Shown here: positions 1 through 7,148 of the stretch, piece after piece
How positions within the stretch are numbered: position 1 is the stretch's first letter
Layout of the letters: each line of letters opens with the position of its first letter
Origin: Candidatus Hadarchaeales archaeon
Lineage (GTDB): Archaea > Hadarchaeota > Hadarchaeia > Hadarchaeales > JAWBSP01
DNA length: 16,151 bases
NCBI GenBank assembly: GCA_038842485.1
Contig: JAWBSP010000023.1
Span: 1 to 16,151 of the forward strand
Direction of reading: 5' to 3'
Notes under the pieces: generated by a model
Seen by the model: only the letters and a program-made list of their open reading frames with translations
Told to the model about the DNA's origin: nothing
Database searches by the model: none
Translations under genes and position numbers: made by a program

Positions 1-1
1 G

Positions 2-538
2 CTGAGCAGGGTGTTGGCAAGGGAGAGCAAGAGGCTGGAGTACACCGTCCCCCGCCTCCCCTCCCCGGAGTTCGATCCCCTCAACTGGTTCCGCGTCAGC
101 GCACAGTTCAGGATCTCCGGGTTCTTCAGGCTGCAGGCCTGGGCCGAGAACTTCATGCCCGGGGGAACCGGGTGGATCTTCGTCAACGTCTGGAACTTTT
201 TGGAGGAGAACCTGACGGTTGAGGTCTCCCTCCAGCTACCCTCCGGCTTCTTCATCATGGGCCAGCCCTCTGCCACCTTGGAGCTGGGTGCGGGGGAGAA
301 CCGCACGGCCGAGTTCCTCTGCTCGGTGCACGAGGATGTGAGGCCGGGAATCCACAAGGGGAGGGCGAGGGGGAGGGCCGAGAACCAGGAAGTGGCGGAG
401 GAATTCAACCTGCAGGTCCTGGCACCCCCTCCCTTTCCCTTCTACTGGATCCTGCTCCTCCTGCTTGCGGGGGCGGTCGGGATCCTGCTCCTCCTGATGG
501 GAAGGAGGAGGAAGAGGGGTTATCGGTGGAGAATCTGA
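2..538 (+). CDS. C-terminal part of a membrane-anchored surface protein (Ig-like/CARDB-type domain, Pro linker, C-terminal TM helix, basic tail); 5'-truncated by window
   Basis: Frame is open from the window edge. Beta-rich segment (IFVNVWN...LELGAGENRTAEF...V.PG), then PPPFP, hydrophobic FYWILLLLLAGAVGILLLLMG and stop-transfer RRRKR. Confidence 0.75.
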   Translation: MSRVLARESKRLEYTVPRLPSPEFDPLNWFRVSAQFRISGFFRLQAWAENFMPGGTGWIFVNVWNFLEENLTVEVSLQLPSGFFIMGQPSATLELGAGENRTAEFLCSVHEDVRPGIHKGRARGRAENQEVAEEFNLQVLAPPPFPFYWILLLLLAGAVGILLLLMGRRRKRGYRWRI

Positions 539-566
539 CGGTATATAGTGCCGGGTCTTAGGATGG

Positions 567-941
567 ATGGCCGTCACCCTCACCGAAACGGTGCTCGCCG
601 CGCTCGGGACGTGCGCCGTCACCGCCCTGCTCAGATACGGCAAGGTGATCGCAGAGAGGGGGCTGGGCGTGAGAGTAATGACCGCCTCCTCGGCCCTCTT
701 CCTCCTGGCGGCGGCCTTCAAGCTTCTGGCGGCGGTGGTAGAGCTGAGCGATAAGACCGCGGCCATCCAGGTGGAGAGGGCGGGGATTTATCTCGGGTTC
801 GGTCTGGGAGGAATTCTCGCCGTTCTAGGCTGCCTTCTGGTTGTTATTGCCTGTTTCCTGCCCGCGCCCGAAGAGGAGGTCCCGAGAAGGAGATCGGCCG
901 TTTGGCTACCGCCTGTGACCTGGAGAAGCCGAAGGCGCTGA
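567..941 (+). CDS. Small integral membrane protein (about 3 TM helices), unknown function
   Basis: 124-aa ORF with three hydrophobic stretches, co-oriented and closely spaced between neighbours. Confidence 0.7.
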   Translation: MAVTLTETVLAALGTCAVTALLRYGKVIAERGLGVRVMTASSALFLLAAAFKLLAAVVELSDKTAAIQVERAGIYLGFGLGGILAVLGCLLVVIACFLPAPEEEVPRRRSAVWLPPVTWRSRRR

Positions 942-973
942 GCGAGGGATTTGCTTTCTCTCCCCGAGTTCAA

Positions 974-3046
974 ATGACCCGTTCGAGGCCCGCACCACCC
1001 TTTCGCGCGGAGGAGGTCTCCTTCACACTGTGGTGGAAGGAGGGAATTCGGTCCGATGCCTGTTCTCGCCTGGAGGCCTCCCGGCGGAGGGGGAGGGATG
1101 CGGCTGGGCCCTTCCTCCTCCTCTCGGTGCTCTACCGGTGGGGGGAGGAGCGAATCCATCTTCGGGCGAAGGACTACGGGGACGGGCTCATGCTCTGGCT
1201 GGAGAACTCGCTCGGCAGGGGCTTTTCCCATCGGACGGCCGAGTTCCGCCTCCCCGCCCCGGATGCAAAAAGAATTCTGTGCTTTCATAACTCCTTCGAG
1301 GGACAGAAGGTTTTCCCCACCAGCCCGAAGGAACTCCGCTTCATGCTTCGGATGGTCCTTTCCAACCTCTCCTACGCCCTCCGGAGGCCGGGGAGCTTCA
1401 GAAGGTACCTCTCCTCCCACTCCAAGGAACCCACCAACTTCGGTGCCTGGAGCTATCCTAGGTTCCTTTCAAGCTGGCGGGAGCTGCCCCCTCACTCCTT
1501 TCTCGCGCTCGCGGAGGGGGACCCGCCCTTGGTTATCTTAGCCCCGGCCGCCTTCGGGCAGAGGTGCCGGCTGAGGTGGGAGGAGGGGCTGAGGTGCGAG
1601 GCATGGGGGTTCGACTCCACTAAGCCCTACCCCAGAATCCCGGGTCCCATCCTCGCCTGGGGAAAACCATACCACTCGCTGCGGAGAGTCTTCGAGATTC
1701 TTTCGACCGTTAAACCTTGGATCAGGAGGAGGGGAAGGGAGAACCCGCTCAAGGGGCTCGGCTGGTGCAGCTGGAACGCCTTCTACGACAGCCTCAACCC
1801 GGCGCGGATTTTGGAGGGGGCGAGGAGGCTGCTGGAGGGTATTCGGCTGGGGTTCGTCATCATCGATGATGGCTGGGGGAAGTATAGGTCGAGGATGCTC
1901 TCCTCTCTGGATTCCAGGTTCGACCTCGCGGAGCTCGTGGACCAGCTCAAGAAGCTCGGAGTGAAGCAAGTAGGGGTCTGGCACGCCCTGCAGGGATACT
2001 GGATGGGGGCGGACTGCGAGCGCGAACTCACACTGAGGGGCACGGACGGGCGCCGCCTCCCGAGGCCCGAGTTCTTCGAGAAGTGGTACCGGAGGATGGA
2101 GGAATGGGGTGTGGATTTCGTTAAGGTGGACAACCAGTACGATCTGGTTTCAAGCTTCCTAGACAGGCTTCCCGTGGAGGAGGCGGCCGAGCTCATGCTG
2201 GACTCGGTGTATCTGGCGGCCAAGGGTAGGTTTTCAACCGTCCTCAACTGCATGGCCCTCACTCCCGAGTGCTTCGTGAACTTCCGGACTCCACTTTGCA
2301 GGGCCTCCTTCGACTATCCCCCCGACGTGAAGGAACTGCAAAAGAAACAGCTCCTAGCCTGCTTCTACAACACGCTCTGGCTCTCCGCGATATGTGTTCC
2401 GGATTTCGACATGTTCGAGAGTTCGGGCAGGTTCGCCCTCACGCACGCGATGGCGAGGGTTCTGAGCGGCGGTCCGGTCTACATAACGGACGAGCCAGAA
2501 AAGGTCAACGTCCAGCTTCTCCGGAGGATGTGCCTGGACGATGGTTCGGTTGCGGGGGTGGATTTCCCCGCCCTCGTTCACGAGGAATGCCTGTTCGAGG
2601 ATCCCTACTCCAGGCCAGTCCCGCTTAAGGTCTGGAGCAGGGTGGGTGAGGTCGGGGTTGTCGGGGTCTTCAACCTCAACAGGCAGGGAAGGAGGGAGCG
2701 CGTGAGGGTGGAGGCCGGGGACGCGGGGATCAAGGGGGAATGCGTCCTCTACGCGGTGGAGAGAAGAGAAGTCGGGAGGAGGTTGGAGTTCGAACTTGGG
2801 GAGCTGGAGGGGGAGATCGTCGTCGCCTCGCCGCTGAGGGGTGGTCTGGCCCTGATAGGTGTGGAAGAGCTGTTGATCCCGCCCGCAGGTGTTTCGGGGG
2901 AGAGTTTGAGAAAGACCGGGACGCTGCTCGTTTACAGTGAGTCCGGAGGGAGGGCTCGAATCCTAGGCAGGACCTTCCATCTGGTCAGGGGCATCAACCC
3001 CATCCCGACGAAGACCCGCGACCGAGGGACTAGCGGATTAGGTTAG
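974..3046 (+). CDS. Sip1/raffinose synthase family alpha-galactosidase (GH36)
   Basis: Motifs LGWCSWNAFY, FVIIDDGW, VGVWHALQGYW, GVDFVKVDNQ (nucleophile region), NCMA, RASFDY (acid/base region), PDFDMFES, HAMARVLSGGPVYITD. ATG 974 chosen because TTG 902 overlaps the upstream gene; start uncertain. Confidence 0.9.
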   Translation: MTRSRPAPPFRAEEVSFTLWWKEGIRSDACSRLEASRRRGRDAAGPFLLLSVLYRWGEERIHLRAKDYGDGLMLWLENSLGRGFSHRTAEFRLPAPDAKRILCFHNSFEGQKVFPTSPKELRFMLRMVLSNLSYALRRPGSFRRYLSSHSKEPTNFGAWSYPRFLSSWRELPPHSFLALAEGDPPLVILAPAAFGQRCRLRWEEGLRCEAWGFDSTKPYPRIPGPILAWGKPYHSLRRVFEILSTVKPWIRRRGRENPLKGLGWCSWNAFYDSLNPARILEGARRLLEGIRLGFVIIDDGWGKYRSRMLSSLDSRFDLAELVDQLKKLGVKQVGVWHALQGYWMGADCERELTLRGTDGRRLPRPEFFEKWYRRMEEWGVDFVKVDNQYDLVSSFLDRLPVEEAAELMLDSVYLAAKGRFSTVLNCMALTPECFVNFRTPLCRASFDYPPDVKELQKKQLLACFYNTLWLSAICVPDFDMFESSGRFALTHAMARVLSGGPVYITDEPEKVNVQLLRRMCLDDGSVAGVDFPALVHEECLFEDPYSRPVPLKVWSRVGEVGVVGVFNLNRQGRRERVRVEAGDAGIKGECVLYAVERREVGRRLEFELGELEGEIVVASPLRGGLALIGVEELLIPPAGVSGESLRKTGTLLVYSESGGRARILGRTFHLVRGINPIPTKTRDRGTSGLG

Positions 3047-3462
3047 ATCCATTCCTCCTTTCTAGCACTCGCCCTCCTCTTGTTTTCATCAGCGAACCTC
3101 CAAACTCCACGCTTAAGATCCTCTATGGATATCCCCAGCTCGCTCGAAGCAGCATCGCTCAGGATGACCTCCTTCTCTCCCAGACTTATACATGCCCTGG
3201 TCTTAACCGGCCCCACCGTCCTGTCCTCGGTCACCACCGAGAGTCTGAGCTTCTTTGGAATGGAATACAAAATCACCGCCACTCCGCCGGCTCCCAAGTA
3301 GCTCTCCTCCTCCAGACCCTTCGGGGAGAACCCGAGTGCCTCGGCCACCCTCAAGGGGAGGATTATGAGCGGGACCTCGGACTCAAACCCGCTGTTTACG
3401 AGAGCGGAGGTCTCAACTTTTCTCTCTCCAGCCTCAACCCTTACTCTAACCCTTACGCCCAA
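3043..3462 (-). CDS. Archaeal clan-AA (retropepsin-like) aspartyl protease-fold protein, N-S-G variant
   Basis: VRVRV...ALVNSGF...IILPLRVAEALG...EVILSD..SSELGI fits the retropepsin-like hydrophobic-D[ST]G...IL[GS]xD pattern, with N in place of D. TTG start; stop overlaps the convergent GH36 stop. Confidence 0.7.
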   Translation of the reverse strand: MGVRVRVRVEAGERKVETSALVNSGFESEVPLIILPLRVAEALGFSPKGLEEESYLGAGGVAVILYSIPKKLRLSVVTEDRTVGPVKTRACISLGEKEVILSDAASSELGISIEDLKRGVWRFADENKRRASARKEEWI

Positions 3463-3713
3463 CTTTAAACAAAACTAACTTTCCTATTCTGCCCCTTGTC
3501 TTGATTTTGCGGGCCTCTATCTTGCCCACCCTCTCCATCGATATTATCGATCGACGGGGATAAATCCTCCCGAGAGAGGTGCTTGGCCGTGTAGCCAGCA
3601 ACTTAGCTGGACAGCATGTGAACCCTCAGCTTTCGAGAGGGCTTCCTTTTCGGCAGGGACTTGAATCGGGAACATACACGGGCAATGAGCGAAAATCTGG
3701 ATCCAACCGAATT

Positions 3714-4218
3714 TCAGTTCGGTTTGTAGTAGCAAATCTGGAGTTTCTCGTCGTAGACTTTTGGCTCCGGAAGCCGCCTAGCCTCCTCGGGTGAGATCCC
3801 GTCCACCCTCGCCCAGCCGTGCATCATGGCGTTGGCCCGCATGCCCATGTCGATCTTGCGGAGGTAGAGGGCCATCTCCTTTTGGAGGGCGTGGATGTCC
3901 TTCAGGATTTCCTGATTCTGCTGCAAAAGCTTCTGATTTTGACGGACGAGTCCCCTGATCTCCCTCAGAATCCGCTGGTTTGAAACTAAAATTCGCTGGT
4001 TGGAGGCTAGAATTTTCTGGTTAGAAACCAGAATTTCTTGGGTAGAAACCAGAATTTCCCGGGTAAACCCAGAATCCGTTGGTTCGAACTCAAAATCCGT
4101 GGTTAGAACGGAGAATTCGTTGGTTAGAACGGAGGATGTTCTGGGTCGAACGGGTGGTGATGAGCTGGGCGGCAATGACGGAGACGCCCAAGCCGAGGAG
4201 GCTTATGAGTTCCGCCAT
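3714..4218 (-). pseudogene. Membrane-anchored heptad-repeat coiled-coil protein, frameshifted within its repeat region
   Basis: ATG 4218 gives MAELISLLGLGVSVIAAQLITTRSTQNILRSNQRILRSN, then stop at 4090-4092. The repeats continue in other frames (..ILSSNQRIL.., then TREILVSTQEILVSNQKILASNQRILVSNQRILREI...CYYKPN*). Adding 1 nt to each of two 20-bp units restores a 168-aa ORF. Confidence 0.75.
3966..4152. repeat. Nine-unit imperfect 21-bp coding tandem repeat (about CAGAATYCGYTGGTTAGAAAC)
   Basis: Units start at 3966, 3987, 4008, 4029, 4050 (20 bp), 4070, 4091 (20 bp), 4111 and 4132. They encode xS(N/T)QxIL heptads on the - strand. Confidence 0.95.
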
Positions 4219-4299
4219 CATAATGTTCGCCTATCGGCTAATTTCTTGCAGCGGTCTCCTTTAAAGCGGAAAATTTGGTGCGGGAACCAAGTTGCAATT

Positions 4300-4398
4300 C
4301 CTCTTTCACCCTCCAGCAGCTTTAGCACCCTGTTTAAAGGCTCCTCGTAATTGTAGAGGTCCTCCCTCCTCCTTTTGGGCTCAAGGTCGAAGTTACAT
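4300..4398 (-). pseudogene. N-terminal relic of an archaeal ATPase (COG1672 / ATPase_2-like)
   Basis: GGGGTGAGTT SD precedes ATG 4398. ATG-TAA-C has one extra base; removing it gives M(Y)FDLEPKRRREDLYNYEEPLNRVLKLLEGE, matching the family N-terminus M.FDP.PK..REDL[FY][DN]. No Walker A follows. Confidence 0.65.
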
Positions 4399-4434
4399 AA
4401 CTCACCCCTATGAGTTACTCACCCCCATGAGTTA
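4398..4434. promoter_or_regulatory. Two overlapping palindromic boxes T(A/T)ACTCA-N6-TGAGTTA (17-bp tandem), putative operator over the RBS of the ATPase relic
   Basis: taactca-ccccta-tgagtta at 4398-4417 and ttactca-ccccca-tgagtta at 4415-4434. Confidence 0.6.
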
Positions 4435-4567
4435 CTAATCGAGTTTAAGCTAGGATACTTTACGGAGGTCAGCCGAGAAGCGGATAAAGGCAAGATCTCA
4501 GTGCATGGTATTTTCCCTCCTTTCAAGCTTCCCTCCAGAGGGGTTCGAGTGTTAACGAGATTCGTAG

Positions 4568-4587
4568 CAGGCTCGAAAGCCTGTTTT
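4568..4587. terminator. Short hairpin CAGGCT-CGAA-AGCCTG followed by TTTT (UUCG loop on - strand); possible terminator or stability hairpin
   Basis: Perfect 6-bp stem at 4568-4583, about 60 bp past the vapC stop on the - strand; T-run follows on the + strand. Confidence 0.3.
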
Positions 4588-4641
4588 ATCGCCTCCTTTT
4601 TTTGGATTTAGGAGATGGAATTTCCAAGCGAGAACAAGATT

Positions 4642-5046
4642 TTATTTGAATCTGCGCTTTAAAGGACTCCTGTCAAAATCAGCATCGGCAGAGAAGATCT
4701 CCCGACAGTTGTGTCGTAGAGCTGTTTCGAGGTGGATGGCATCCTCCAGCTCAAGCCCGTACTTCTTCACATGTTTTTAGAGCCCTTTTACAGATGCTGC
4801 CGTTGAGTTCAACGATGCGGAGATTTTGTATACCCATCACACTTTCAACCATTTTATTTGGGTCATACTCCCCAATCATTCTAGCTTTCGAGCCCCCATT
4901 GCCCAATCTATCTGTACGATGGAGAGGGCGGATGTTATCGGTTTCACCAGCCTCCACTGCTTCAACGAGCTTTTTGCGATCCCACCGTGGATGGGGTGGG
5001 CGGTAAGCCAGTAAACAAAGATGTTGGTGTCCATGTAAACGGTCAT
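4642..5046 (-). pseudogene. vapC: VapC/PIN-domain toxin, multiply frameshifted
   Basis: Pieces in different frames: MTVYMDTNIFVYWL (PIN D1), ITSALSIVQIDW, IQNLRIVELNGSICKRALK, HVKKYGLELEDAIHLETAL...EIFSADADFDRSPLKRRFK*. In-frame stop at 4876-4878; shifts near 4971-4975, ~4940, ~4885 and 4774-4778. Confidence 0.85.
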
Positions 5047-5050
5047 TAGT

Positions 5051-5296
5051 TTATATCTCGAGTTTCGCTTTTTTTATTATTTCATCCACGTCGCCGAAAG
5101 GCTCAGTAACCTTAAAGATCCCAAAACCCCGATCAGCCATTTTGGGGAGAGGTTTTAGGATTATTTTTCCTTTTTCCACACCAACTAGGCATTTAAGCGG
5201 TGGTTTGAGGTCTGCTTCTTTAAGTACCTTCCCAAGATTACTGCCACTCGTTTTGAAAACCCGAAGCAGGCAACGGGATCTTGTCCCAGCAGTCAA
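5051..5296 (-). pseudogene. AbrB/MazE-type (VapB) antitoxin, N-terminus apparently degraded
   Basis: KVLKEADLKPPLKCLVGVEKGKIILKP resembles the second half of the AbrB fold; it ends 4 bp before the vapC ATG. The typical GRIxIP first half and a convincing start are missing. Confidence 0.55.
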
Positions 5297-5329
5297 GCCA
5301 CCAAACCTTACCTTCGAGTTAAAGCTGTT

Positions 5330-6694
5330 TCATTTCTCGAAATCCCCGGCATTTTGGTATTTCTGTTGGTTTTCTTTCCTAAGCAGCCAGCTCCAAAGGG
5401 GGAGGAATTTTATCCTCTTCCCTTCTATGACCTCTTCGGCACTGTAATCCTCCGTCAGCACGAGCCCCGACTTAACACCCAGCTCCTCCATCGCCTTTAA
5501 AAGCCCCTTGATTTCTCTTTCCCTAGTTTCTTCATCGGAGGGATTCCAGCAGACCTGGATGAGCTCTCTGACCTCCATCCCTTCCCTCACGACAAAGTCA
5601 ACCTCCCTCCCGGCTCGGTTTCTCCAATAATTTATTTCATACCTCGGTGGTTCAAACCTCCTTCTCAGAGAGAGATAGGCCACGTTCTCGGCCAGCCTGC
5701 CGATTCCTTCAGGAAACCTTCCCGTGAGGCAGTTGATTATCCCGGTGTCAACGCAGTATACTTTTTTGGGGTAAAGCATCTTGTTCTTGACCTTGCGCGA
5801 GAAGATCTCGACCGGGAAGAAGAGGAAGACTGATTCTGCATACCTGAGGAAGTTCGCGAGCGTTTTCTTGCTGCACCTGAGCCCCATGCTCTTAAAGTAC
5901 CTTTCAATCTTGCTCAGGCTCACATGCGAGGCAAAGTTCTGAGAGAGGTACCGCAGGAAGGAGCTGAGAAGGGAAAGGTTCTTGATTGCATACCGCTCAG
6001 CGAGGTCCCGGTAGAATATCGTCTCGAAGTAGGAGGAAAGCAGTCTCATTTTGATTTCCCTGTCCCCCGTGAGCACAACTTCTGGAAAACCACCAAACTC
6101 TAGGTACTCCCTGAGCATCCTGAGAACCTCCCCTCTTCTGGCCGTGTACTCTAGCTCCGTGAGGTCGGTGAAGGTGAAATTCTTGGCCCTTAGAAACTCT
6201 CCGAAGGAAAAAGGGTATAGAATATAAGTCAGGCATCTGCCTCTAAGGGAGGTTGCGATCTCCTGCGCGAGAAGCTTGGAGGAGGAACCGGTGATGAATA
6301 TCCGGTACCCTCCCTCATCTTGAATTCGCCTAACCCACCTCTCCCAATCCCTGACGTTCTGGACCTCGTCGAGAAAGAGGTATAGAGGCTTTCCCTCTTC
6401 CACCTCGAAGATTTCCCTTTGTGCAACCAGCAGATCCTGAAGGTCGGAAGCATCCAAGTTCCTCAGCCTTTCGTGTTCAAAGTTAACGTAAAGGACGTTG
6501 CCCCTTCCCGTTTCCTGCAGCAGTTTCTTAATTGTGCTAAAGAGTAGGTAGGTTTTCCCACACCTCCTAACACCCGCTACCGAAACGATCTGGTGAAGTG
6601 AGGTGGGTAAGGAGAGTTCGCGGGGAAACACGGCAGGCAGCTCGAGAAATTTCCACCAAGCCAGCACGGCCCTGAAATCTTCGATCCTCCTCAT
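5330..6694 (-). CDS. COG1373 AAA+ ATPase (AAA_14 + HTH-like region + DUF4143)
   Basis: Walker A GVRRCGKT, YVNFE, Walker B LFLDEVQ, ITGSSS, LRGR, PFSFGEF, GGFPE, KKVYCVDTG, EN, YWR...EVDFVV...LIQVC. ATG 6694 lies about 25 bp downstream of TTTATAAA. Confidence 0.92.
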   Translation of the reverse strand: MRRIEDFRAVLAWWKFLELPAVFPRELSLPTSLHQIVSVAGVRRCGKTYLLFSTIKKLLQETGRGNVLYVNFEHERLRNLDASDLQDLLVAQREIFEVEEGKPLYLFLDEVQNVRDWERWVRRIQDEGGYRIFITGSSSKLLAQEIATSLRGRCLTYILYPFSFGEFLRAKNFTFTDLTELEYTARRGEVLRMLREYLEFGGFPEVVLTGDREIKMRLLSSYFETIFYRDLAERYAIKNLSLLSSFLRYLSQNFASHVSLSKIERYFKSMGLRCSKKTLANFLRYAESVFLFFPVEIFSRKVKNKMLYPKKVYCVDTGIINCLTGRFPEGIGRLAENVAYLSLRRRFEPPRYEINYWRNRAGREVDFVVREGMEVRELIQVCWNPSDEETREREIKGLLKAMEELGVKSGLVLTEDYSAEEVIEGKRIKFLPLWSWLLRKENQQKYQNAGDFEK

Positions 6695-6697
6695 CCC

Positions 6698-6746
6698 GGT
6701 TACTTTAGGAAACAATTATTTATAAATATCGTTTCCTTAAGGAAAC
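6698..6746 (-). promoter_or_regulatory. TATA box (6719-6726) flanked by two related palindromic boxes
   Basis: Perfect palindrome GTTTCCTTAAGGAAAC at 6731-6746, degenerate copy GGTTACTTTAGGAAAC at 6698-6713, TTTATAAA between them. Confidence 0.7.
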
Positions 6747-6783
6747 AAAATTGGACCGTGAACTGACTAAGCCGAACGAGAAG

Positions 6784-6894
6784 ATGGGCGTAATGTTTGT
6801 TGTACGTGCCCGCTGGCATGGCTTTACCATCCCCCAACCAATTCGTTTTGTATACAAATGGGAGAGGTGGAGATCCATATGGAATCATTTATAG
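6784..6894 (+). pseudogene. Possible decayed AbrB/SpoVT-like small DNA-binding protein
   Basis: MGVMFVVRARWHGFTIPQPIRFVYKWE resembles the AbrB 'TIPxxIR' signature. GD and MESFIVKV follow in shifted frames. Weak. Confidence 0.3.
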
Positions 6895-6899
6895 TAAAA

Positions 6900-7026
6900 G
6901 TGTTGCACTGTAACACGTGTTACACCGGAAGTTTGAACAGGTGAAACACAAGGAATTGGAAGTCGAAAATTCCGGTTATAATCACATGGTTTTCGGCTTT
7001 TCCGGTTGTGTTACTATAGTAACACA
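6900..7026. repeat. GTGTTAC/GTAACAC palindromes
   Basis: GTGTTGCA-C-TGTAACAC at 6900-6916, perfect TGTAACACGTGTTACA at 6909-6924, perfect TGTGTTACTATAGTAACACA at 7007-7026. Confidence 0.85.
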
Positions 7027-7094
7027 TGGAAGCGACTGGGTTCCGTATAGTTTTCAATGTTGGAAACCGTTAAACCGAGCAAGGCGGATTTTTA

Positions 7095-7148
7095 AAATTC
7101 GCAATAAAGTGCGAGTTTTTTTAATTTTATTCGCAGTTAATTGATGAA
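7095..7148 (+). promoter_or_regulatory. TATA-like tract (7116-7126) flanked by two TTCGCA-N6-TG(C)GA-type boxes
   Basis: AAATTCGCA-ataaag-TGCGAGTTT at 7095-7118 (1 mismatch) and ATTCGCA-gttaat-TGATGAA at 7129-7148, overlapping the start codon. Confidence 0.6.

Noticed and set aside
3463-3713. Short ORFs and small hairpins (e.g. ATCGATATTATCGAT, CCAGC..GCTGG) between the protease and repeat genes
   Set aside because: No recognisable protein motif or RNA family; stems are short enough to be chance.
3966-4152. 21-bp repeats as a CRISPR or guide-RNA array
   Set aside because: Units are contiguous with no spacers and vary like codons of a heptad-repeat protein.
4153-4175. ORF-track start 4175 (MPPSSSPP...) for the repeat protein
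   Set aside because: Artefact of the frameshifts; the plausible N-terminus starts at 4218/4221 in another frame.
6731-7070. Replication origin ORB boxes (GGAAAC motifs)
   Set aside because: No TCCAxTGGAAAC plus G-string consensus, and no cdc6/orc1 in the window.
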